The translations under genes and the position numbers were made by a program. The notes under the pieces were generated by a model that saw only the letters and a list, made by a program, of their open reading frames with translations, made no database searches and was not told the DNA's origin. Shown in pieces: positions 29,758 to 38,514 of a stretch of 64,000 nucleotides of DNA (the stretch's first letter is position 1; every line of letters begins with the position of its first letter). This DNA is from Calditrichia bacterium (GTDB lineage: Bacteria > Calditrichota > Calditrichia > RBG-13-44-9 > J075): positions 320,640 to 384,639 of the forward strand of contig JBOEGD010000007.1 of NCBI GenBank assembly GCA_050633245.1, written 5' to 3'.

Positions 29758-31263
29758 TCAGGTTTTCCCTTGTCCAATTTCTTTTAACTTTAGCTGCACC
29801 CATCGTACCGATACACCCAGCGATTTTGCTGTCAATGTTCTGTTGCCGTCAAATTGCTCGAGGCGATCTAACAGAAGCTGTCTTTCGAAGTCCTTTAGCG
29901 AGCCCTTAAACAGCTTCGCATTATCATTAACCGCATCATCCAATAGAATTTGATCCGGCATCAGTTTTTCCGTATCGCAAAGTATAAGCGCCCGCTGAAT
30001 GACGTTCTCGAGCTGGCGAACATTGCCGGGCCAGTGATAGTCGCGAAGTTTCTTGAGCGTCTCACGGTGGGCAATAACGGTCTTACTGGCATATTTTTGC
30101 ATAAAGTGCTTTACCAAAAGCGGGATATCTTCTTTTCGTTCGCGCAGCGGCGGAACATAAATCGGAAATACATTCAGGCGATAAAACAAATCTTCCCGAA
30201 AGTCACCTTTCTGCGCCATCTGACGAAGGTTCTTATTGGTAGCAGCGATAATGCGTACATTCACTTTGGTAACTTTGGTATCGCCAATTCGCATAATCTC
30301 CTGATTTTGCAACACCCGTAGTAGCTTGGCCTGTAGTGACAATGGAATATCGCCAATTTCATCAAGGAAGAAAACACCGTTATCAGCCACTTCAAACAAT
30401 CCTTTTTTGTCTCCGGTAGCGCCGGAGAAGGCTCCTTTACGATAACCAAAGAGCTCACTTTCCAGAAGCGTCTCCGGAATAGAGCCGCAGAATTGGGCAA
30501 GATATGGATTGTCCGATCGATCACTAAGAGTATGGATTGCGCGCGCCACCAGATCTTTTCCGGTACCGCTTTCGCCTAATATCAAGGCTGTCGCATCGGT
30601 AGGGGCCACACGGCGAATCATTGTAGCCAGCTGCTGCATTGCTTTCCCCTCGCCCACCATTCCAGGTATGCGCTGTTCATCTGCACCCAGCCGCGTCTTC
30701 AGCTGGCGATATTCGCGCTCCAGCTCCTCAAAGCGGACAATCTTATTCAGCGAAAGTGAAACCAGGTTGGAGAAAAAACGCAGAAACAGCAGATTTTCTT
30801 CGGTAAAGGCCTTTCGGTTTTCCTGACTATCAACAAGAATCACTCCCCAAACCTGCTGTTCGTAGAAAATCGGCACGCCGATTACAGATTTGATGTGATG
30901 AATCATTACGCTTTCAAATTGCGACAGGTTGGGATCGCTTTGCACATCGTGATAAAGACAGGGTTCCCTTTTATCAATTACTTCTTTGAGTATTCCGGAT
31001 GAAAAAGCCGAGAGGTCAATAATCTTCTCGCGATTAACGTTGCGAGCAGCAATAATCGAAAAATTGCTGTCATCGTCGGAATAGCGAACAAATAAACCTC
31101 GTTCGGCATTGACAATAGAGATAACAAGATCGAGTGATTCCTCGATTAAATTTTCTGTGTATTCAGCTCTATTAAGTAGCTGGGTGAGATAGTGCAGTAT
31201 TTCAAGTTGATCTTTGTCAATCTCATGAAATCGGGCAATAGAGTCTGGATTAATTGGCTGCAT
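29758..31263 (-). CDS. GAF-domain sigma54-dependent transcriptional activator (Fis-type HTH)
   Basis: N-terminal GAF, GESGTGK, ESELFGY.KGAFSGA, FLDEIG, FREDLFYRL, WPGNVRQLEN, C-terminal HTH. Confidence 0.93.
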   Translation of the reverse strand: MQPINPDSIARFHEIDKDQLEILHYLTQLLNRAEYTENLIEESLDLVISIVNAERGLFVRYSDDDSNFSIIAARNVNREKIIDLSAFSSGILKEVIDKREPCLYHDVQSDPNLSQFESVMIHHIKSVIGVPIFYEQQVWGVILVDSQENRKAFTEENLLFLRFFSNLVSLSLNKIVRFEELEREYRQLKTRLGADEQRIPGMVGEGKAMQQLATMIRRVAPTDATALILGESGTGKDLVARAIHTLSDRSDNPYLAQFCGSIPETLLESELFGYRKGAFSGATGDKKGLFEVADNGVFFLDEIGDIPLSLQAKLLRVLQNQEIMRIGDTKVTKVNVRIIAATNKNLRQMAQKGDFREDLFYRLNVFPIYVPPLRERKEDIPLLVKHFMQKYASKTVIAHRETLKKLRDYHWPGNVRQLENVIQRALILCDTEKLMPDQILLDDAVNDNAKLFKGSLKDFERQLLLDRLEQFDGNRTLTAKSLGVSVRWVQLKLKEIGQGKT

Positions 31264-31359
31264 GAAAGTCGCTTTGTGGTGGAATACAAGCTAATGGAAC
31301 GCGGAGACCAACTGTCTCGGGACAATAATGATATCCGCGCCCCAGCAGCGAACGGGGGA

Positions 31360-32337
31360 TTAATTTACTTGAAAAGACCCAAACTTGGATCGAGAACGGT
31401 TCTGAAATTCATCGACAACCCATATGGCCCAAATATAAGAGCCAGGCTGTAACACGGTATCGACTGTAACATTCTTAGAGCCACCTGGTAAACCACTTTT
31501 TTCCCAAACAAGTTTCGGAATTTCCTCTGGTAAATTTTGTAAGATTTCCACGCTATAGGTATGCGGAAACCCGGGTGAGAAACTATTCCATACGAGTGTG
31601 GGACGTTCGGTAACGGGTGGATCGGTAATTAGCGGCGAGCTCAGCACCACTTCATCGCTTATAAAGCGGCTAATCTGATTCTTCCCTAAATTAACGGAAT
31701 TGCCGGCTTTGTCCTTTACTGAAATATCGAACTCATAGCCGACAATTTCTTCATTACCAAGATTGTATTGAGCGGGTGCAAAGTTCACTGCATATCGCTC
31801 TGCATCAAGATCGTATTTTAAAACCCCTTTAATATCGAGATCGCGAACCTTCCATGCCACGGAGTCTATATCATTGTCCGCATCATTTATTGCCGCCTCA
31901 ATCGTTATGCTGTATTCCCTTAGAAATGGTGGGCGATTAATAACGACGGTATAAATGCCAAGTGAGTTAAGATGCGGCTTGGCATTCAGATTCATGTCCT
32001 GCACAATCTCTTTTCGTGCCCCCCAGGAAATATAGACCGAATCGGAATGATATCCTTCCTTCTCCACGACTAACCAGCCGTCCTCCGGAAGGATGTTACC
32101 AAGACGAAATCTGCCATCGGCATCTGATATAACCGCAGTAGAGCTGTTTTCCCAAGTAACCTGAGCATTTCGCAATAAGGTTCGAGGTACGCTGATAGAC
32201 TCCAGCGTTCCTCTTAGCACGACGTAAGGGCTATTTGGATTGCCCGGATCGAAAGGATTATTTCGTGGCGCTTCACACTGCATGCCTAAAAGGCACAAGA
32301 GGAATATACTGAACGATATATTTAGAGGACGTTTCAT
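31360..32337 (-). CDS. Lipoprotein with carboxypeptidase-regulatory-like and Ig-like domains
   Basis: Signal ending GMQC-EAPRNNPFDP; SDADGRF..L...GY pattern. Confidence 0.65.
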   Translation of the reverse strand: MKRPLNISFSIFLLCLLGMQCEAPRNNPFDPGNPNSPYVVLRGTLESISVPRTLLRNAQVTWENSSTAVISDADGRFRLGNILPEDGWLVVEKEGYHSDSVYISWGARKEIVQDMNLNAKPHLNSLGIYTVVINRPPFLREYSITIEAAINDADNDIDSVAWKVRDLDIKGVLKYDLDAERYAVNFAPAQYNLGNEEIVGYEFDISVKDKAGNSVNLGKNQISRFISDEVVLSSPLITDPPVTERPTLVWNSFSPGFPHTYSVEILQNLPEEIPKLVWEKSGLPGGSKNVTVDTVLQPGSYIWAIWVVDEFQNRSRSKFGSFQVN

Positions 32338-32409
32338 TTACTTTTCGCTGAAAAAAGTTCGCATTTGTAATGCAGATGACTTTTTTAGCCTCCCAGACCC
32401 AAAATTAAT

Positions 32410-34698
32410 CTAAGTAATTTTTTCTAATTCACCAAGCATAAACCTGAGAATCTGCCGGGCAATCGACCGCGCATTTTCTCCACTCTCCATTACCGGTCCA
32501 ATACATGATGGACATCCCTTTTCGCAGCCACAGCGTTCAAGTCGATCTAATGAGCCTCTAAGTGCAGGCTCAGGGTGATGATGCAGCTTGAAGGACAAGC
32601 CTATCCCACCGGGAAAACTATCGTAGATGTACAGCGATGGCTGCTTGGTAAACGGCGAACGAATCATCGGAACAACTCGAATATCGGAGGTATCGCACAT
32701 TATATAAACCGGGGCAATCGTTTGCAGAAGGTTTGCTACGCCCTGTAGACCCGCGCTGAACTCACTCGCTGTCACGTCCATATCGGCTGCTATGGTACCT
32801 GGCAATTCAAACCAGGCTGCACTTGTCGCCATATCGATCTCCGGCAAATGTACCTTTCCGGCACCAACGTTCTCGTGTGTAAAGAACTTGATTTTCTTAT
32901 AACCCGTTGTGGCGGTACTCACTTTTATATCGCCATAGACTAACTGCATTGTCGCGGACTGCAGCTGCTCGTCGGTGCTTAATATCTTGATGTCGGTTTT
33001 TGTAATCGCATCGGTAAAATAGTCTACAGCCACTTGCCTGACATAAGCCTTTTTGCGCTGCCAATCGAGGTTGTCGACGTGGAACTGCCTGCTTTGATGC
33101 ATATAAATGGCTTCTTTATAAACCAACATTTGCGCGCTAAAGAGATCGACCTCGCCGATTACGCGTTCCTGGTTCGTCGTATCAATAATAACAACATTAT
33201 CCGGAGATGCGCTGCGTAAACTCACCTCTTCAGCAGGATAAATTTCGCTCGTCCAATGATATTTACTTCCAGCCTTTTGCAGAACCTGCTGCTCGGCGAG
33301 ATAATCCAAAACCTCACGTGTTGAAACACCGCTGAACGTTTCATCTTCAGTAAATGGGATTTCAAAGGCTGCACATTTCACATGGCTCATAAGAATCAAC
33401 AGATTGTCCGGATCAACAATGCCATGCTCCGGGGACTGCTCGAAGAAATATTCCGGATGCTCCATTACATATTGATTGCCCGGCGAACTGCTGCCGACCA
33501 GAATTGCTAACGACGTATCGCTACGACGACCGGCACGGCCTGCCTGCTGCCAGCTACTGGCAATACTCCCCGGATATCCGGCCAGCACAGCGACGTCGAG
33601 CTGACCGATGTCAATTCCCAACTCAAGTGCATTGGTACTAATCACGCCCAGAATTTTACCAGAGCGAAGTCCTTCTTCAATCTCACGTCTTTCAAGAGGT
33701 AAATACCCGCCACGGTAGCCGCAAATCCGTTTTTCCGGAATTTTCAGACTGCGCGCCTGTTCTTTTAAATAGCGCGTAAGGATTTCTACGCGCATGCGAC
33801 TGCGTGTAAAGACAATCGTCTGCACCTGAGTTTCAAGCAAAAGCCGGGATACCCGGTTCACTTCACCCACAACTGAGCGGCGAATACCCAGCTCAGCATT
33901 AATAATCGGTGGATTATAAAAGATAAAGTGCTTTCTTCCCCGCGGAGCTCCGTTGCGATCTACCAGCTGAACCGGTTCGCCTATTATTCGTCCTGCCATC
34001 TCTGCCGGGTTTGCAATGGTGGCCGAACAGCAAATAAACTGCGGCTCACTTCCATAGAAACGAGCGATGCGCTTCAGGCGCCGAATGACATTGGCTAAAT
34101 GACTTCCAAAGACCCCGCGATAGGCGTGCACTTCATCGATGACAACATATTTCAGGTTTTCGAACAGCTTTAGCCAGATTGTGTGATGAGGCAATATGCC
34201 AGAATGAAGCATATCCGGGTTTGTCATTACAATATGGCCGGCACGTCGAATGGCTTTGCGAGCCGTTACGGGCGTATCGCCATCAAAAGTGTAGGTTTTA
34301 ATATCAATATCAAGAAAGGAAACGAGTTCATGAAGTCCATTATACTGATCATGTGACAAGGCCTTGGTAGGGAACAAATAAAGAGCACGCGACTCCTCGT
34401 CCTGCAATATCTGATGCAATACAGGAAGGTTATAGCCAAGTGTTTTACCAGACGCGGTTGGTGTGACCAGAACAATATTCTTACCATCAGAGGAATGCTG
34501 AAAGGCTTCAGCCTGATGTGAATACAACCGGTCGATTCCTTGCTCCTGTAGCGCTACAATCAACCGTTTATCCAGCTTAGCCGGAAAGTCGACATAATCG
34601 GCGCGTTTTTCCGGCAACACTTCCCAGTGCATCACATTGTCCATAAAGTCTGAACGCGTTTTCAAATAGTCCAAAAGTTGATCGAGATTCACGGGCAC
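32410..34698 (-). CDS. mrfA: DEAD/DEAH helicase with DUF1998 (MrfA/YprA/Hrq1 family)
   Basis: LYSHQ, TPTASGKT, DEVH, SAT, TNALELGID, QQAGRAGR, C-terminal C..CGC..GCPSC. Confidence 0.88.
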   Translation of the reverse strand: MPVNLDQLLDYLKTRSDFMDNVMHWEVLPEKRADYVDFPAKLDKRLIVALQEQGIDRLYSHQAEAFQHSSDGKNIVLVTPTASGKTLGYNLPVLHQILQDEESRALYLFPTKALSHDQYNGLHELVSFLDIDIKTYTFDGDTPVTARKAIRRAGHIVMTNPDMLHSGILPHHTIWLKLFENLKYVVIDEVHAYRGVFGSHLANVIRRLKRIARFYGSEPQFICCSATIANPAEMAGRIIGEPVQLVDRNGAPRGRKHFIFYNPPIINAELGIRRSVVGEVNRVSRLLLETQVQTIVFTRSRMRVEILTRYLKEQARSLKIPEKRICGYRGGYLPLERREIEEGLRSGKILGVISTNALELGIDIGQLDVAVLAGYPGSIASSWQQAGRAGRRSDTSLAILVGSSSPGNQYVMEHPEYFFEQSPEHGIVDPDNLLILMSHVKCAAFEIPFTEDETFSGVSTREVLDYLAEQQVLQKAGSKYHWTSEIYPAEEVSLRSASPDNVVIIDTTNQERVIGEVDLFSAQMLVYKEAIYMHQSRQFHVDNLDWQRKKAYVRQVAVDYFTDAITKTDIKILSTDEQLQSATMQLVYGDIKVSTATTGYKKIKFFTHENVGAGKVHLPEIDMATSAAWFELPGTIAADMDVTASEFSAGLQGVANLLQTIAPVYIMCDTSDIRVVPMIRSPFTKQPSLYIYDSFPGGIGLSFKLHHHPEPALRGSLDRLERCGCEKGCPSCIGPVMESGENARSIARQILRFMLGELEKIT

Positions 34699-34706
34699 TC
34701 TTACAA

Positions 34707-34783
34707 TTGATGAATTATGATTGATGAATTATGAATACACAGTTCTTAGTTCTAGAAGTGAAAAGTGAAAAGTGAAAAGTGAA
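34707..34783 (+). repeat. Intergenic tandem repeats (TTGATGAATTATGA)x2 and (AAGTGAA)x4
   Basis: Read directly. Confidence 0.85.
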
Positions 34784-34799
34784 AAGGCAATTTACATGA

Positions 34800-34821
34800 G
34801 CCTATGACGTTAGTCGTGGGT
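34800..34821. repeat. REP-like hairpin
   Basis: GCCTATGAC-GTTA-GTCGTGGGT; 19/22 identical to the reverse complement of 56452-56473. Confidence 0.65.
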
Positions 34822-35039
34822 GAATCAGGCAGTTCGACAATTCTCTTTCTCCCTTTCGCCCGCTCTCCCAGTCATTCTTTTATATCCTGACACCTGATGA
34901 AGATAGCGCACAAATGTTCACGTATCAATTAAAAAACTGACCGCGTGGAACTCATTAGCCGTAATTCAAAAAATCCCATTCATTTTATCAATTGAATAGC
35001 TTAATTTACTTCAACCCATTTAAACAAAGCGAGCCAATT

Positions 35040-35357
35040 ATGCAGTATTTCAGCAAAATCGCGGTCGTTCTGATACTTGCTTTTACCCTATTCGACTGTT
35101 CAAATTCTCTCGAGCCTGCAATCGGAACCATTGAATACATATTTATAGTTGATAGCGCAGCTCAAGTACGAATTGAAGTAGAGAATAGCTACGGAGCGCT
35201 TATCACAACACTTGTTGATACAGTCCTCCCGCAAGGAAGGCATTCTATAAGGTGGGAGCCGGATTCTCAGGTTTTATCGGGTATTTATATTATTAAAAGA
35301 TATGAGAATGATGTATTAATTGAATCCGTTCAAACTGCATTTTTCGGGAGGAATTAA
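35040..35357 (+). CDS. Small lipoprotein consisting of a single FlgD-Ig/CTD-like domain
   Basis: Lipobox LFDC; VRIEVENSYGALITTLVD..LPQGRHSIRW...SGIYII; ATG at 35040. Confidence 0.6.
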   Translation: MQYFSKIAVVLILAFTLFDCSNSLEPAIGTIEYIFIVDSAAQVRIEVENSYGALITTLVDTVLPQGRHSIRWEPDSQVLSGIYIIKRYENDVLIESVQTAFFGRN

Positions 35358-35359
35358 TA

Positions 35360-36016
35360 ATGCGACTTCTCCCACTGCTCATAATTTTTTTGCTTTCCGT
35401 ATGTTCACTGCATGCCCAGCAGTATTTTGGCATACAGACCTCCGTGCACCGCTTCTTTACCCATTCTGATAACGATTTGTTGATCACCGAGAATAACGAC
35501 TGGTCTGGTGGTATCGGATTTCAATTGTATTACCAACAGCCTCTCAGCCCGCGAATTCTTGCGCGTATTTCGATTGGGTATAGTCGCAGTGATATTGAAG
35601 AAGCACAGACATTTCAGGTAATTCAGGGCCTCACTCTCGCATATGATCTTGTAGTAGATAATGGTCTAAATCAGTTTCCGGCAGACTTTTCAGTTATGAC
35701 ACAACTATCAGAATGGCTGAATTTGGGCATTGGGCCAAGCTTGGCTTGGTCTGCTCGCAGCACAACATTCTATCAAGACGTCGGGGTAAATAGTCTGAGA
35801 TTAACAGACCGCCTTTCCGGACTTGGGTTTGGAGCACATGGGTTTCTGGAAGCGATGTTTGCTTTTAATGAAGACTCGCCAGTATATGTTTCAACTCAGG
35901 TGCGGCTACGCTATATGAGCGCACTTTGGTATCAGGAAAAAGGTCGCGAGCTGCGCAATTACGAGTTCAACTATCTCGAAGGCAGTTTTTTATTGGGGAT
36001 TGGATGGAAGTTGTAA
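35360..36016 (+). CDS. Outer-membrane beta-barrel protein (about 8 strands)
   Basis: Signal peptide, alternating aromatic strands, C-terminal GIGWKL. Confidence 0.7.
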   Translation: MRLLPLLIIFLLSVCSLHAQQYFGIQTSVHRFFTHSDNDLLITENNDWSGGIGFQLYYQQPLSPRILARISIGYSRSDIEEAQTFQVIQGLTLAYDLVVDNGLNQFPADFSVMTQLSEWLNLGIGPSLAWSARSTTFYQDVGVNSLRLTDRLSGLGFGAHGFLEAMFAFNEDSPVYVSTQVRLRYMSALWYQEKGRELRNYEFNYLEGSFLLGIGWKL

Positions 36017-36546
36017 ACAGACTCATCATTGGCTCAAAAAATCCGGTCAAAATTGAGGCCGTTCGCAGCGGCTTTGTTTCGCTTTTCCCCAACAAAAAAT
36101 GTGTAACTGAGGGAATAGTGGTAACCAGTGGTGTTGCTGATCAGCCGATGAGCGACGAGGAGACACTTCTTGGTGCAGAGAACAGGGCGAAAGCAGCGCA
36201 AAATGCTATTCCCGAAGCCGACTTCTGGTTCGGTGTCGAAGGCGGCATTGCAGAGATGGAAGACGAGCTTAGCGTCTTTGCATGGATAGTTGCCCTTGCT
36301 AAATCTGGTAAAAAAGGCCGTGGGCGAACCGCAACATTTTTTCTTCCACCACCGGTTGCTTCTCTCGTCCGGCGGGGTATTGAACTGGGTGATGCGGATG
36401 ATCAAGTCTACGGAACCAGTAACTCCAAGCAAAACAATGGTGCTGCCGGCTTGTTAAGCGGTAATGTAATTACGCGAACAACCTTATATGAACCGGCCGT
36501 AGTAATGGCACTATTTCCATTTCGAAACGCAAATTTATATCCGTAG
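36004..36546 (+). CDS. yjjX: Inosine/xanthosine triphosphatase
   Basis: GSKNPVK, SGVADQP, ETLLGAENRA, GVEGG, ELG, KQNNGA.G.L; start refined to ATG 36004. Confidence 0.88.
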   Translation: MEVVNRLIIGSKNPVKIEAVRSGFVSLFPNKKCVTEGIVVTSGVADQPMSDEETLLGAENRAKAAQNAIPEADFWFGVEGGIAEMEDELSVFAWIVALAKSGKKGRGRTATFFLPPPVASLVRRGIELGDADDQVYGTSNSKQNNGAAGLLSGNVITRTTLYEPAVVMALFPFRNANLYP

Positions 36547-36612
36547 TAGCAGCCGCAATGCACTGCGTCTCAACAGGCATTGCGGCTAAACAACCCCAAA
36601 TAAGAGCACACA

Positions 36613-37545
36613 ATGAGAAACGTTCAGCATAAGAAAGAAGCCTACTGGTTTTACCGGGTTTTGTCCATTTTTTACGATAAATACGTGAATCCCTTCTTCT
36701 GGACAGAAGGAATGCGCAACGAAGCACTGGCGCTTGGCGACTTTAACTCGCGCGAGTTAACGGTAGCTGATGTCGGTTCAGGTACCGGGTTTACCACTCA
36801 GGGCATTTCTAAATATGTAGATGCGTCAAACATCTCCTGCCTGGATCAAAGCCCCCACCAAATGGCATATGCCAAAGCACGTCCGGAGCTACAACAGTCG
36901 CATTTTCAGGTTGGAGACGCAGAAGATCTGCCATTTGAGACCGATCACTTCGATCGCTACGTTTCTGCCGGCAGTATTGAATACTGGCCTGAGCCACTTC
37001 GTGGAATAGCCGAGTCGTATCGTATAATCAAGCCGGACGGAAAAGCACTAATGATCGGTCCGCTACGCCCACGCAACTGGTTTGCCCGACTAATGGCCGA
37101 CACTTGGATGCTCTTTCCGGAGGAAGAAGAATATATAAAGTGGTATGAAGAGGCCGGATTTGTTGATATTAAAAAAGTGAACACTGCTCCGAAATGGGTG
37201 TTTAAAGAAAAGTATGCCGTTGCGTTGGTCGGCACTAAACCAAAAAGCGGCGATTCACCTGCGAACTTGCCAGAGAAAAAAATTGAAGATGTAGCCGCGA
37301 AGATGACCTTCAACAGACGCATCAGCTTCGTTTGGCATTTACTAATCGGCAATCTTGCCGGATTTATGTTTATCCCAATGGCAGTTGTCGGATATGCAAA
37401 CTATGGCCTTCGCAAACTATTCGGTCGTATTCCCGAGAAGAAAAAAGCAGTACTAAACGATCGGTTGACGGTTCACCAGCGTGTCAGTCTTGCAACCATC
37501 GTTTTAATGGCCGTTGCAGCGGCTTGGTTGGCGATGGCAGCCTAA
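36613..37545 (+). CDS. MPBQ/MSBQ methyltransferase, plant VTE3 type
   Basis: QHKKEAYWFYR.LS..YD, WTE.MR, DVG.GTGFTT, LDQSPHQ, GDAEDLPF, DRYVSAGSIEYWP, WMLFP.EEEYI.W, GDSP; matches recalled plant VTE3 motifs; C-terminal TM. Confidence 0.88.
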   Translation: MRNVQHKKEAYWFYRVLSIFYDKYVNPFFWTEGMRNEALALGDFNSRELTVADVGSGTGFTTQGISKYVDASNISCLDQSPHQMAYAKARPELQQSHFQVGDAEDLPFETDHFDRYVSAGSIEYWPEPLRGIAESYRIIKPDGKALMIGPLRPRNWFARLMADTWMLFPEEEEYIKWYEEAGFVDIKKVNTAPKWVFKEKYAVALVGTKPKSGDSPANLPEKKIEDVAAKMTFNRRISFVWHLLIGNLAGFMFIPMAVVGYANYGLRKLFGRIPEKKKAVLNDRLTVHQRVSLATIVLMAVAAAWLAMAA

Positions 37546-37567
37546 GGCAATGAGGCAATGAGGCAAT
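37545..37567 (+). repeat. (AGGCAATG)x3 tandem repeat
   Basis: Read directly. Confidence 0.8.
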
Positions 37568-37674
37568 TTACTTCCGCTCGCCCGTTCTCCCACTCACCCA
37601 CTCTGTTGTTTCTATGCTCTGTGTTCTGTTGTTAATTCATAAATAATCACTCATAATTCATCAATATAGATTTC

Positions 37675-38514
37675 ATGTCTGAACTTAAAGATAGAATCAA
37701 ACAATTTTACGATGCTTCTACCCCGCTCTGGGAACGCACCTGGGGAGAACATATGCATCACGGCTATTATGGTGCAGACGGCACAGCTAAAAAAGATCAT
37801 CAAGTTGCTCAGGTCGATCTGATTGAAGAGCTGCTTCGCTGGGGAGACATCGGATCGCCAAAAAAGATTCTGGATATCGGCTGTGGCGTGGGTGGAAGCA
37901 GTATTCATCTTGCACAAAAGTATTCTGCCTCAGCAGATGGCATGACGCTAAGCCCGGTGCAGGCGCAACGTGGAAATGCGCGGGCGAAAGAGCTTCATAT
38001 TCAAGATCGAGTAGCTATTCATGTAGCCGATGCACTGAAACCTCCGTTTGCCGATAACAGCTTCGATTTAGCTTGGTCCTGTGAAAGTGGTGAACACATG
38101 CCCGATAAACGCTTGTTCCTACGAGCGGCTTATAACAAGTTAAAACCAGGCGGCCATTTTCTTATGGCAACCTGGTGCCATCGCGTCGAGCCACCGGAGT
38201 TGACGAAGAAAGAACGCCGCTTTCTGCTGGACATGTGCGATGCCTATCATCTTCCCTATATAATCTCGAATCCGGAGTATGCGCGCCTCACCATAGAAGA
38301 AGGATTTGAGGACATCAGAACAGAAGATTGGACAAAAGCCGTAGCGCCTTTTTGGCCTGCTGTGGTAAAATCGGCACTCAGCGTAAACAGCCTAATCGGA
38401 CTCGCGAAAGCAGGTTGGCCGACAATTCGCGGTGCCCTTGCAATGCGTTACATGATGCGTGGTTATAAGTCTGGACTTATTCGCTTTGGCGTGCTGCGGG
38501 CGGTAAAGCCATGA
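37675..38514 (+). CDS. Gamma-tocopherol methyltransferase (VTE4-like)
   Basis: I..FYD.S..LWE..WGEHMHHGYYG, LDIGCGVGGS, TLSPVQ, ESGEHMPDK, ATWCHR, DWT..VAPFWPAV. Confidence 0.88.
   Translation: MSELKDRIKQFYDASTPLWERTWGEHMHHGYYGADGTAKKDHQVAQVDLIEELLRWGDIGSPKKILDIGCGVGGSSIHLAQKYSASADGMTLSPVQAQRGNARAKELHIQDRVAIHVADALKPPFADNSFDLAWSCESGEHMPDKRLFLRAAYNKLKPGGHFLMATWCHRVEPPELTKKERRFLLDMCDAYHLPYIISNPEYARLTIEEGFEDIRTEDWTKAVAPFWPAVVKSALSVNSLIGLAKAGWPTIRGALAMRYMMRGYKSGLIRFGVLRAVKP

Noticed and set aside
32410-34698. DUF1998 helicase as a DISARM/Druantia defence component
   Set aside because: Full-length Hrq1/MrfA architecture with an MrfB partner in the window; no methylase, DrmA or PLD neighbours
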